Below are positions 25,731 to 38,495 of a stretch of 64,000 bases of DNA, one piece after another; the stretch's first letter is position 1, and each line of letters begins with the position of its first letter. Where the stretch lies: assembly GCF_009914755.1 (NCBI RefSeq), contig NC_060941.1; one strand, 5' to 3'. Origin of the DNA: the human T2T-CHM13v2.0 reference genome, Homo sapiens. A program made the translations under genes and the position numbers. The notes beneath the pieces were generated by a model, which saw nothing but the letters and a program-made list of their open reading frames with translations, had not been told where the DNA came from and did no database searches.

Positions 25731-28700
25731 GGAAGGGCGCTCTCTGGAGGTCGACAAGGACCCTGCCTGGCCTGCTGGGGCAGCTTGGTGACCTTGAGGC
25801 AGCGTGCACCTTCCCTGAGCTTCAGTCCTTTCCTGGTAACCTAAGGGAGGAGGTCATTCCCCATCCTGTCTCAGCAAAGAACCCCTCTCTGTGTTACCTT
25901 CTTTGGGCTGTTTGGAAAGTGGGCGTTCTCAGCGTCCCAGGCCGCGGGTACTACATTGTAACTCATCCTCCGGGACGCATTTCTCTGTGGCTTCCTGCTA
26001 GTGATTAGCTGAACAGCAAGCAGCTCGAAGGTGGCCACTACCCCCAGGGCACAGAACGGGAGAGGTCTGATCCATGAGGCAGGCTTTCTGAACTGGAAGA
26101 GCAGCTTGAGGACCCTCAGGAGCTGGGACCCTTTGACTCTGAGCCCTGGTCTAGGTCCATGGTGGGTTTTGGCTCTGGGACCTGAGATGGAACCCACCCT
26201 GTCCTTGACTGACGTTAGGGAGTCCACTCCTGTCTCTGGGCCTCGGTTTCCTCACTGGTCATATGGCTGCCAGGGTTGTTGCGGGTTAGGGAATACAGTG
26301 GGGCTGGCCCACTTCAGCTTGCCCTGTCTAGGGGAGGGGTCAACCGTGTTCCGCAGTTTAGTGAAGGATGAGGGGCATGCAGGGAACACTAAGGAGGGGC
26401 TCTGTGGAAGAAGAAGGAGGGGAGGGGCAGACCTGGGGCTCAAAAGCCCGGGGACAAGGCAGTGCATGCTCGTGGCTGTCAGCTCCAGGGATGGATGGGA
26501 GCTGGGCGTGCCCACCTTAGCCAAGCACAGGCCCCAAGGAGATGGGGTGGTTCTTGGGATGGGAGAAGGAAGCCCCGTGGGAGCCAGGGCAGAGCTGTTT
26601 TGGTCTGTGGTTGGTGACGTCCGTCTCAGGGGAGACTGGTGGGCTTTTCCACTTCGGGGAGAGGCTGGCAGTGCCTTTACATCCTGTCCATCATCCTGTG
26701 GCCATGCACACATTGAGCTATTTCCCTTTGAGAACTAACCTGCATCCTCAGGTTGCCTTTACCCTGAGCAGGCAATATATATAGTACCTCCTTCAGTGAG
26801 CCCCCAGTTTGATGGGAGAGATAGCCTTCGCCCAGTCTAATGAGAGAGACGTGGTCCCAGCACTTAGTCCCCAGCTGAAGGAGAGATAGCTCTCACTTTA
26901 GAGATCCCCCATTCTGATGGAGGCAGCAGAGCTTCTGCCTCAGTTAGCACCCAGATCTCCTGCCCCTGGGGACCCTCCAGTCTGATAGGGGCTCCAACCC
27001 ACACCTGCCTTCCAAGTCCTGCCATCTCTGGCTTTAGGAGCTCAGGATGGGGAGGGCTGTTACGCTGGGCTAAGGCCAGGTTGAGCTCAAAGCTTCCTGC
27101 CTTGGAGAAGGAATGAGGAGTAGGATGTGGTGGTTCTGTTGGCAATTGCCCTGGGCCAGGAGACAGGCAAGTGGCATCAGGCGCCAGGCAGAGCGCAGGA
27201 AGGGTTTCAGCAGCCAGGCATCAGGCAAGCAGGCAGCTCATTTCTGTAGGCAAGTCCAGACCAGCCAGCTGGGGGCGGGGCGGGGGGACTTGGGGGCGCT
27301 GCTAGAGCAAAGAAAGGTGGTGACTGTGGGAGGAGCAGGCTTTGTCTTTTGGGGCATTCACAGATTCCTCTCAGATACCAGCCCACTTTCCCAGCCACCC
27401 CGAAGGAGGAGGGTGCTCCTGAGGGAGTGTTCATACCAGACCCTGTTCCCCTTTCAGCTTCAGGCTCTGAAGGGTTAAATGTCAGCTCTGGGACAAGAGA
27501 CCATTTCAGGAAATGGAATTTGATTCTTGGTTTTGTTGCCCCCTCCCCTCCAGCGTACCATACTTTCCCCGCATTTACTTACGTTTCAGGTGTCAACATG
27601 GTGACTCACCCACCCTCAGGGCAGAAGGGCTACCCGCTGCCCCAGTGAAATTCGGTTTGAATAGGGATAACCTGGTCCCTCCAAGCAGCCCGGAAATGGC
27701 TGTCAGGACCTGCCAAGGGCTTAGTAGGTTGGAATGCTAGTGGACGTGGCCACATCTGGATCTCATCCCCCCGCCCCCGTCAGAGGGGATTGGAGAGATG
27801 AGGGCAGCTCCCCAAGAGTCAGTGCCGCCTCTGGTCTGGCCACGCCTTGCTACCCTCCCAGCCTTCCCCTACCATGCTCTGATCTCGGTGATGGTCTCAT
27901 TCATTGGGCACCCGGACATGTACACTCCTTCACCCTCTGGCTTGGGGTCAGTCTGAGCTGAGCTGTGTCTCCAGCCTCTGGACTTGGGCTGCCCCCCAGC
28001 TTGCCCAGTCCCCTGGCAGAGCAAGAGAAGACCCTCCCCAGTCCAATGCTCCACCTGGGGCTGCCAGAAGACAGGGCTCTGTCTCCTTCACTACCTCTGG
28101 CCCCTCCCAGGACGGAGACGGGGAAGGGTGGTTTGGGTGACAGATGGCAGCCCCTCACTGCTGGCAGCCAGATGGATTCTAGATTCACATCTGGGGGCTT
28201 TGCCCCTCAGAAGGTGCTGAAAACGGGCCTTTGAAGCATTTTCATCTTGAGTGGAAGAGGCCAGAAGATGGGTGGCAGCTTCTACTCCTGCTTGGGTGGG
28301 CAAAGTGGGGGCTGGGAGGGCAGAGCTGGGAGCCAGTTACCCTCCCCTTCACCCCATTGGCATGTCCTGCCTGCTTTCCCTCCCTGCCCCAGGCGTGGGA
28401 AGTGAGGAGGGACGGGGTAGGCAACATTGCCCAGACAAGTATCCCCAGGCCGTCCAGAGCCCACAACCCCTAGCACTGCCCCTGGCTGTGTGGCAGAATG
28501 GAAAATCCCACCCACTGGTGCCAGGAAGGGCTGGGTCCCCTGCCAGGGAGGCTGGCAATGCCCAGCTAGCATGAGAGGGTCTAGGTGGGTGGCAAGTCAC
28601 AGTCTCCCCCCGCCAGCTGAGGCATTGAGCTGGACCTGCCTCATGGGCCCCTTCTCCACTGGCTCTCTGCTTCCTGACCAAGGAGGGTTGGGGCTACCTG

Positions 28701-29430
28701 ATGCTGTCATCTCTGGTTGGCAGGATCAGGCTAGGTGGGAGCCAGGCAAGACAGGAAACAGAGGCTGGCCACTGTCCAAGGGCTGGCTGGAGGGAGGCAA
28801 TCCAGCTGCCCCCGCACCCCTCCTTTCCACCCAAGCCTAGAGCCTGAGACATGAGGTCAAAAAGTCGGGGAGTGCTCTCAGGGAGGTGGTGTGGGGGAAG
28901 CACCTCTCTGACCAGACCTGTGTACCCTCTTCTTTCCTTAGGACAGGAGTGACTAGGGTCATCAAGGACAAGCTGGGGCCAGAGAGACATTTCCCAGAGT
29001 GACTCCAGCTCAAGGCCTCCCTGTGGTCAGGCTTCTTTGTGTGTTTGCTCCTAGATAGGCCTCTCTAGGTACTCAGGAGGTGGAATAGAATTCCAGGACC
29101 ATAGCCCCAGATGGAAGGGAGCTTAGAGACTGTCTCTCTTAATAGCCCCATTAGATAAATAAGGAAATCAAGGTTCTGAGAGAAAAGGGGGCTGGGCCAG
29201 AGTCACCCAGCAAGTCAGTGGCGAAGCTGAAGGAGATGCAGCTCTGTGGGCCCACAGGCCTTGCTCTTTAGCATCATGACATCATGCACGCAATCCCAGC
29301 TGTGCATAACAGCTGGGCACAAGAGCACCTGGAGCCAGGGCGGGGACACAGGAAGAACACGGCAGTGGGTTAGAGCTAAAAGGGAGGAGTGGGGGAAGTG
29401 GGTCCTCACTCCTGTGGCCTTTTCTCCCAG

Positions 29431-29683
29431 AGATCCCTGGCCGTTGGATTACACGGTCCACACCCCCAGAGGGCTCGGACAGCACAGCCCCCAGCACCCA
29501 GGAGCCTGAGGCACCTCCAGAACAAGACCTCATAGCCAGCACGGTGGCAGGTGTGGTGACCACAGTGATGGGCAGCTCCCAGCCCGTGGTGACCCGAGGC
29601 ACCACCGACAACCTCATCCCTGTCTATTGCTCCATCCTGGCTGCTGTGGTTGTGGGTCTTGTGGCCTACATAGCCTTCAAGAG
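29431..29683 (+). CDS. NGFR: NGFR exon 4 (Ser/Thr-rich stalk and transmembrane helix)
   Basis: Acceptor TTTCTCCCAG|; IPGRWITRSTPPEGSDS...NLIPVYCSILAAVVVGLVAYIAFK; donor AG|GTAAGA; 253 nt. Confidence 0.98.
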
Positions 29684-29835
29684 GTAAGAGAGGGCACGGT
29701 GGCGACAGAGAGGGGAGATGTTTGCCCTCAAGGAAGACTTTGCTGTGACCTTGACCTGAAAACATACACACCCTTTTAACTCAACCCCAAACCAAGCTCA
29801 TCCTCACTCATCATCTGCCGCCCCACTCCAGGGTG

Positions 29836-29919
29836 CAGCAGGTCAGCAGGAGGTGAGGGGAGAGGATCCACCTGTCCTGTCCTGTCCTCTCCTGCCCTGT
29901 CCTGGCTCCAGCCCCTCCC
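29836..29919 (+). ncRNA. MIR6165: Annotated intronic microRNA hairpin miR-6165 (intron 4)
   Basis: CAGCAGGAGGTGAGGGGAG at 29844-29862 matches my recall of mature hsa-miR-6165, which was described in NGFR intron 4; pyrimidine-rich 3' arm follows. Confidence 0.75.
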
Positions 29920-30149
29920 ACTCCCATGCCGCACCACTCCCTGACTCCCCACCCCCAACTGCTTGTGTCCTCATCCCCAACCTCCTTCACCCCACAGTCA
30001 CCTGCGTGTGCATATGTCTCTTCCCCTTCGCTTGTCACACTGGGAATGCTGTGGCACCCACATCCAGGAATCCAGGATGTGCACGAACTCCCAGAAGGCA
30101 TTTTAAAGCTTTAAATGCATTTTCCATTCTTTCTAAAAAAAAAAAAAAA

Positions 30150-30660
30150 AAATCATCAAAGTAACACATCCGTGTTTAGGAAAATGCAAACAAGACCAAT
30201 ATCTTTCAAAGCAAAAAGTAAAAGCCCCCTTTTATCTCCCCAAATCCTACTTCTCTCCTTATTGGAATCTGTTTGAAATGGATCCTTCCCAACTATTTTC
30301 TGTGTGTCTTTTTTTATAAACATGTATATAAACCTTTTATAATTACATGTAAACATGGAGGGCTTTTTAGGCATCAGTGAGATCACATTGTACATATTCT
30401 ACAGCTTACTTTTTTCACTCAATCTCCCTCAGGAGACCTTTCCTCAGGAATGTAGATTAGCTGATCATTTGTAACCACTCATTCAATAGTATGGATGGAT
30501 GGTAATTTATTTAGCCAGTCCCCATTGATGGACATTTGTTTTTTTTTTTTTTTCCAGTTTTTTGTTATTGCTTATAATTGCAGAGGAAATCCTTTTATAT
30601 GTCACTGCCCACATGTGGGAGTATTTTAGAAGGGTAGATTGGGAGAAGAGGAGTTCCTGA
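30150..30660 (-). mobile_element. Old L1M(E)-type 3' fragment in intron 4
   Basis: AT-rich block with TTATTTAGCCAGTCCCCATTGATGGACATTTG, typical of L1M 3' ends. Confidence 0.6.
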
Positions 30661-30911
30661 GCAGTCACTTTTGCTGCACTGCTCATTCCAGGAACATTTA
30701 CTGAACACTTACAGAGGGCCCCTCTGCCCTCATGGAGCTTTCAGGGTAGGTGGGGGCAGATGTGCAAAGAGGAGCCTTAGATGGTGGGGTGGCGGTTATA
30801 ATTGGGCACCCGCCATGCCCCTGGCCCTCACACGGCAGAGCACAGATACTCAGCTGCATCGGCCACTACAGCCCCTCGCCCCCTGAAACCTGGCCTGTCC
30901 TCTGGCTCCAG

Positions 30912-31072
30912 GTGGAACAGCTGCAAGCAGAACAAGCAAGGAGCCAACAGCCGGCCAGTGAACCAGACGCCCCCACCAGAGGGAGAAAAACTCCACAGCG
31001 ACAGTGGCATCTCCGTGGACAGCCAGAGCCTGCATGACCAGCAGCCCCACACGCAGACAGCCTCGGGCCAGG
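30912..31072 (+). CDS. NGFR: NGFR exon 5 (juxtamembrane/Chopper region)
   Basis: Acceptor CTCCAG|; WNSCKQNKQGANSRPVNQTPPPEGEKLHSDSGISVDSQSLHDQQPHTQTASGQ; donor G|GTGAGC; 161 nt. Confidence 0.98.
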
Positions 31073-31727
31073 GTGAGCAGCGGCCCGCTGGGGAGCTGAG
31101 GCGGAGCTGAGGCTGAGGAAACAGAAGCAATTAAGATTAGACTCCAGGAAGGACTGTCGGGGGGGCGGCAGGGCTGGCTCAGCGGTGCCCCTGTAGATGG
31201 ATGGAGAGGCTGGCCGAGGGGAATGGGAGGGAGAGGTCCTCTCTAGAGGAACGACTTGGGAAATGGAGGCTTTTACAAGTTGGAGCATCCAGACTCATCA
31301 AGCTAATTGTCCCCCCTGGGGGCTAATTATTGCCCAAAGTAGCTGCAATTAGCCTCTTGCCCTGGACTTCTGGGGAACAAGTAGTTAAGTGTGTACCCTA
31401 ATTAGTGGCCCATAGCCCAGCTCCGGGACACTTGCTGTAGTTGTCTAGAACTGAGAAGCCCTATCTCCTCCTCTGCCATGATTAATTGCTGGGGGGGAAG
31501 AGAGGAGGGATGGGGATAGGGATTGGGCTGGAGTGACAGGAGGAAGGGACAACGAGTCCCCCCAGGTGCCTTCACTTCCTGGTGCCCCACCCAGGACCTT
31601 GTCTTGGCCCCAGGCCTCCAGATGGGGAGGAGCACTGCCTCGGCCCTTCTTGGGTCTCACCCCAGTGCCCACTGTTGGGGAAAGGAGTTCAGGGGTAGGA
31701 CCTGACTCTCCTCTGGTTTCTCTGCAG

Positions 31728-32029
31728 CCCTCAAGGGTGACGGAGGCCTCTACAGCAGCCTGCCCCCAGCCAAGCGGGAGGAGGTGGAGAAGCTTCTCAA
31801 CGGCTCTGCGGGGGACACCTGGCGGCACCTGGCGGGCGAGCTGGGCTACCAGCCCGAGCACATAGACTCCTTTACCCATGAGGCCTGCCCCGTTCGCGCC
31901 CTGCTTGCAAGCTGGGCCACCCAGGACAGCGCCACACTGGACGCCCTCCTGGCCGCCCTGCGCCGCATCCAGCGAGCCGACCTCGTGGAGAGTCTGTGCA
32001 GTGAGTCCACTGCCACATCCCCGGTGTGA
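31728..32029 (+). CDS. NGFR: NGFR exon 6 coding part (death domain, C-terminal PDZ-binding TSPV)
   Basis: Acceptor TTTCTCTGCAG|; LKGDGGLYSSLPPAKREEVEKLLNG...CSESTATSPV, stop TGA 32027-32029; 302 nt. Confidence 0.98.
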
Positions 32030-34030
32030 GCCCAACCGGGGAGCCCCCGCCCCGCCCCACATTCCGACAACCGATGCTCCAGCCAACCCCTGTGGAGCCC
32101 GCACCCCCACCCTTTGGGGGGGGCCCGCCTGGCAGAACTGAGCTCCTCTGGGCAGGACCTCAGAGTCCAGGCCCCAAAACCACAGCCCTGTCAGTGCAGC
32201 CCGTGTGGCCCCTTCACTTCTGACCACACTTCCTGTCCAGAGAGAGAAGTGCCCCTGCTGCCTCCCCAACCCTGCCCCTGCCCCGTCACCATCTCAGGCC
32301 ACCTGCCCCCTTCTCCCACACTGCTAGGTGGGCCAGCCCCTCCCACCACAGCAGGTGTCATATATGGGGGGCCAACACCAGGGATGGTACTAGGGGGAAG
32401 TGACAAGGCCCCAGAGACTCAGAGGGAGGAATCGAGGAACCAGAGCCATGGACTCTACACTGTGAACTTGGGGAACAAGGGTGGCATCCCAGTGGCCTCA
32501 ACCCTCCCTCAGCCCCTCTTGCCCCCCACCCCAGCCTAAGATGAAGAGGATCGGAGGCTTGTCAGAGCTGGGAGGGGTTTTCGAAGCTCAGCCCACCCCC
32601 CTCATTTTGGATATAGGTCAGTGAGGCCCAGGGAGAGGCCATGATTCGCCCAAAGCCAGACAGCAACGGGGAGGCCGAGTGCAGGCTGGCACCGCCTTCT
32701 CTAAATGAGGGGCCTCAGGTTTGCCTGAGGGCGAGGGGAGGGTGGCAGGTGACCTTCTGGGAAATGGCTTGAAGCCAAGTCAGCTTTGCCTTCCACGCTG
32801 TCTCCAGACCCCCACCCCTTCCCCACTGCCTGCCCACCCGTGGAGATGGGATGCTTGCCTAGGGCCTGGTCCATGATGGAGTCAGGTTTGGGGTTCGTGG
32901 AAAGGGTGCTGCTTCCCTCTGCCTGTCCCTCTCAGGCATGCCTGTGTGACATCAGTGGCATGGCTCCAGTCTGCTGCCCTCCATCCCGACATGGACCCGG
33001 AGCTAACACTGGCCCCTAGAATCAGCCTAGGGGTCAGGGACCAAGGACCCCTCACCTTGCAACACACAGACACACGCACACACACACACAGGAGGAGAAA
33101 TCTCACTTTTCTCCATGAGTTCTTTCTCTTGGGCTGAGACTGGATACTGCCCGGGGCAGCTGCCAGAGAAGCATCGGAGGGAATTGAGGTCTGCTCGGCC
33201 GTCTTCACTCGCCCCCGGGTTTGGCGGGCCAAGGACTGCCGACCGAGGCTGGAGCTGGCGTCTGTCGTCAAGGGCTTACACGTGGAGGAATGCTCCCCCA
33301 TCCTCCCCTTCCCTGCAAACATGGGGTTGGCTGGGCCCAGAAGGTTGCGATGAAGAAAAGCGGGCCAGTGTGGGAATGCGGCAAGAAGGAATTGACTTCG
33401 ACTGTGACCTGTGGGGATTTCTCCCAGCTCTAGACAACCCTGCAAAGGACTGTTTTTTCCTGAGCTTGGCCAGAAGGGGGCCATGAGGCCTCAGTGGACT
33501 TTCCACCCCCTCCCTGGCCTGTTCTGTTTTGCCTGAAGTTGGAGTGAGTGTGGCTCCCCTCTATTTAGCATGACAAGCCCCAGGCAGGCTGTGCGCTGAC
33601 AACCACCGCTCCCCAGCCCAGGGTTCCCCCAGCCCTGTGGAAGGGACTAGGAGCACTGTAGTAAATGGCAATTCTTTGACCTCAACCTGTGATGAGGGGA
33701 GGAAACTCACCTGCTGGCCCCTCACCTGGGCACCTGGGGAGTGGGACAGAGTCTGGGTGTATTTATTTTCCTCCCCAGCAGGTGGGGAGGGGGTTTGGGG
33801 GCTTGCAAGTATGTTTTAGCATGTGTTTGGTTCTGGGGCCCCTTTTTACTCCCCTTGAGCTGAGATGGAACCCTTTTGGCCCCCGAGCTGGGGGCCATGA
33901 GCTCCAGACCCCCAGCAACCCTCCTATCACCTCCCCTCCTTGCCTCCTGTGTAATCATTTCTTGGGCCCTCCTGAAACTTACACACAAAACGTTAAGTGA
34001 TGAACATTAAATAGCAAAGAAAGAAAAATA
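32030..34030 (+). other. NGFR: NGFR 3'UTR (~2 kb)
   Basis: Follows the stop codon, has no interspersed repeats, and ends after ATTAAA with a GT/T-rich downstream element at ~34060-34090. Confidence 0.88.
34006..34011 (+). terminator. Polyadenylation signal ATTAAA of NGFR
   Basis: Only A(A/T)TAAA hexamer I noticed in the 3'UTR; GU-rich tract downstream. Confidence 0.85.
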
Positions 34031-34393
34031 GTACAAAGAGATTTTCTGGAAATACACATGGTTTGAATTGTTTGGGATTGGGTGTGTGGCAGGGACCCAG
34101 GTATAATTTCCAATTCGGTCAATTCCTGCCCTCTTTTCCCCCACACCAAAAGGGGAAGTTTTAACAGAAATCCAGTAAGTTCCCATGTATCACTATGGGG
34201 TGAGGTGGGGAAGGAGAAGGGGCCCTTTGCTCCCAGATCTTGGAGAGGGAAAGTGAAAATGGCCACGCAGGAAGCTAGCCAGCTGTGAACTTGACCAGAT
34301 GTCAGAAGTGAAACTGACCACAGGCAAGTCAGAGGCTCGCCAGGAGGGCCAGGTCACAACCCCACAGCTCCCAGCCACCCACGTGGCCTGGGA

Positions 34394-34436
34394 GACACAC
34401 ACACACACATACACACCACAGAGAGAGAGAGAGAGA
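34394..34436. repeat. (CA)n-(GA)n compound microsatellite
   Basis: Seen directly. Confidence 0.85.
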
Positions 34437-35610
34437 ATCTGGCTCCAGATGGCCTAGCAGGAGGCATTCGGCAGGCCTGGCCTGGAGTTAGGCAGGCAGG
34501 CCCCTCCCTTGTAGCTCTCGTGGGCAGGTCCTAACCCAGGCTCCTGACAGCCTGGCTTCGAGCCCCGCCTGGCCCAGGCCTGGGAGCTCCCAGGGCTGTA
34601 GGGCTCCTGGCCCTGGGCCTGTGCCTGTCTCTGAGGCTCAGCCTCAGCCCCTGCTGGTTGTTTGGCCAAGTCCTCCGGGGAGACTGGCTTGTGGTCACTG
34701 AGGAAGACAAAGGGAGGCTTGCTCTTCCAGTAAAAACAGCAAACAAGCCTGCCTGACCTCCAGATCCAGGGAGAAGGGCCAGCCAGGCCCAGCCAGAGTC
34801 AGACAAGGGTGGAGGGGAGGTTCTCTGTCTTCCATTCCCCTCCTACGCCCCCAGACTGTGAGGGGTGTAAGGAAGATGGAAGATGTTGCGGGAGGGATTC
34901 AGAGTAGGTAAGAGAAATAATCCTGGTACTTGGAAAATCAGTGTGATGGGAAAGACAATCTCTGTCTTGAGCGAGGCTCCCATCTAATGAAGGAGACAGT
35001 CCCAGAATTGAGGATATTCTAACCTGATGAAGGAGGCACACCTCCTATCCTAAGGGTGCCCCCATGCTGATGGGGAAATATACTCTTTGACCTAAGAGTG
35101 GCTCTCCACTCTGCCCCCCACTCTTGTCTGGTGGGGGAAAACCAGATGCTGTCCTGTGAAATAAGGAGAACTCAAATCCCTGCCTTCACCAGCCTTACAT
35201 TCTTGAGGGAGCTAGAGCAGACCGGCCCTCTATGGTGTGTACTGCTATAATAGTGGGGGGATCCTAAGCAAGACCCACCCACACCAGGGGTCAGGGAAGG
35301 TTTGCCAGAGAAGGGATATGGAAGCTGAGTCTTTAAGGATGAGTGGAGTTAACTAGACAGGTCGGGGGGAGAGTGCTTCTGGCAGAAGAACCAGCTCAGC
35401 AAAGGCCCTGGAGGGCGCCAGCACAGAGCACACGTGGCCTGGGGAGGCTCTAGGGCCCAGAGCCCAGAGAGTGAGTAGGAAGGTGATCAGTGGGGCCTCA
35501 GCGGGGAGGGCTTGTGAAGAGACACACTAGGGGGTCTGGACTACATTCTTGGAACACTGGGGAGCCACTGGGGGGTTTTAAGTATAGGAGTGCCATAGAC
35601 AGACTTGTAC

Positions 35611-35927
<317 letters not shown>

Positions 35928-36330
35928 CCAGACTTGTACTTTAGAAAGCACTAGCTCCAGCTGCAGAGTGGAGGGTGCTGGGTGGAGCAGGGTGGGCTGA
36001 GAGGTGGGAGTCAGTGGCGGCCTGAAATCAAGGAGGAAGCATAGGGGTGGTGAGAAAAGGGGCTTTTAAAGAGCTCCTCAGAGCCAGGGGCATGGGGTGG
36101 TGGGTAGGGAAGTGACTGACACCGTCCAGGGGCTCGTAGGAACAGGAGGGCTAAGAAACTTAAAGACGTTTGATATGGTTTGGCTTTGTGTCCCCACCCA
36201 AATCTCATCTCAAATTGTAATCCCACGTGTTGAGGAAGGGACCTGGTGGGGAGTGATTGGCTCATGGGGGTGTTTTCCCCCAAGCTGCTCCTGTGATGGT
36301 GAGTGAGTTCTCACAAAATCTGATGGTTTA

Positions 36331-37127
<797 letters not shown>

Positions 37128-37300
37128 TCAGGTAGTTCTTTATAACAGTGTAAAAATGAACTAATACAACATGGTACCCAAGATTCCCTCTGCAGCACCC
37201 CCACCATCACATTGTGTAGAAATCCTCTTTGCCTCCTTCCATTTTTCCTTCTCTGATTCCCTCTCAACAGCTAAAATGCTTCACCAGCTTTCAGCTTACC

Positions 37301-37301
<1 letters not shown>

Positions 37302-37331
<30 letters not shown>

Positions 37332-37450
37332 AAAGAGATAGGGTCTCCCTATGTTGACCAGGCTGGTCTCAAACTCCTGGCCTCAAGCAATCCTCCCATC
37401 TTGGCTTCCCAAAATGCTGGGATTACAGGCATGAGCCACTGCACCCAGCC
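37302..37450 (-). mobile_element. FLAM/Alu monomer
   Basis: Single left-arm reverse complement with T-rich tail. Confidence 0.85.
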
Positions 37451-38039
37451 TGCTTACCAATCTTAGTGTGGCCTTGGAGGCTGTGTGGAAGCTAAGTGCT
37501 TAAGGATGAGTGAAGTTAACAAATGGGGAGAGGAGAGTGGTTCTGGCAGAGGACCCAACTCAGCAAAGGCCCTGGAGGGCGGGAGCACAGAGCACAGGGG
37601 CTCCCCCAGACTCACTGCCTTGTTGTAGCCATCCTCCTCCTCCTCCTCACCCCCAAGTCAGGCCTCTTATAATTCTTCAAGTGTTGCTGGTCCCTCAAGC
37701 CACAGGGCCTTTGCACACGCTATCCCTTCTGGCTGGAAGGACACTCTTTCAAACCCTTTTTCCCAAGTTTCCTCAGCCCAATACTTTCTTAGGGCAGCCC
37801 TCACTGAACTCTGTGCCGAAATCAGGTTTCAGAGCACACCACGTTCACTGCCTTTCTTTAGACCACTTCATCTCTCTTCGTAATTAGGCACCCGTCTGAG
37901 TGATTATTTGATTACTGTAAACTCCAGAAAACCTGAGACAGGGTCTGGTTTTGCTCATCTTCTAATCCTTAGCACCTTGCCTGGCATATAGTTGGCACTC
38001 ATAAAATTATGTTAAATAAATGAATGAGTGTGGTCTGAG

Positions 38040-38495
38040 GCAACTCCATCCAATAAAAATATGATGCAAGTGACATATATGTAATTTAAAATTTTTAGTA
38101 GCCACATTACACAAGTGAAAAGAAACAGGTGAACTTAATAATATATTTTATTTAGCACAATAAATCCAAAATGTTATTTCAACATGATTGTATACATATC
38201 GAAATATTATATATAATATTTAAAATATTAAGATATATATATAATTTTTTTTTTAGAGTTGGGGGTGTCTTTCTATGTTGTCTGGGCTGGTCTCGAACTC
38301 CTGGCCTCTAGGGATCTTCCTGCCTAGGCCTCCCAGAGTGCTGGAATTATAGGCATGAGCCACCCACGCCTGGCTCAATATTTTTAAATTATTAATAAAA
38401 AATTTTACATTTTTGGTCCCACCAAGTTTTCAAAATCCAGTGTGTATTTTATTCTTGTAGCACATCTCCATTTGGACTAGCCCCATTTCAAGGAA
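38040..38495. mobile_element. hAT-Charlie MITE (MER33-like) with FLAM monomer inserted at ~38245-38375
   Basis: TCCAATAAAAATATGATGCAAG...TAGTAGCCACATT and TTTGGACTAGCCCCATTTCAAG match my recall of MER33. Confidence 0.7.

Noticed and set aside
25673-25791. Read-through of exon 3 into intron 3, giving a soluble ectodomain with a GSGGGGSGG tail
   Set aside because: The Gly tail only reflects the G-runs. I saw no intronic poly(A) signal in intron 3, so a retained-intron transcript would probably undergo NMD.
25154-25809. Antisense and alternative-frame ORFs over exon 3
   Set aside because: Shadows of a GC3-rich coding exon.
31445-32269. 274-aa minus-strand ORF over exon 6
   Set aside because: Antisense shadow of the death-domain exon.
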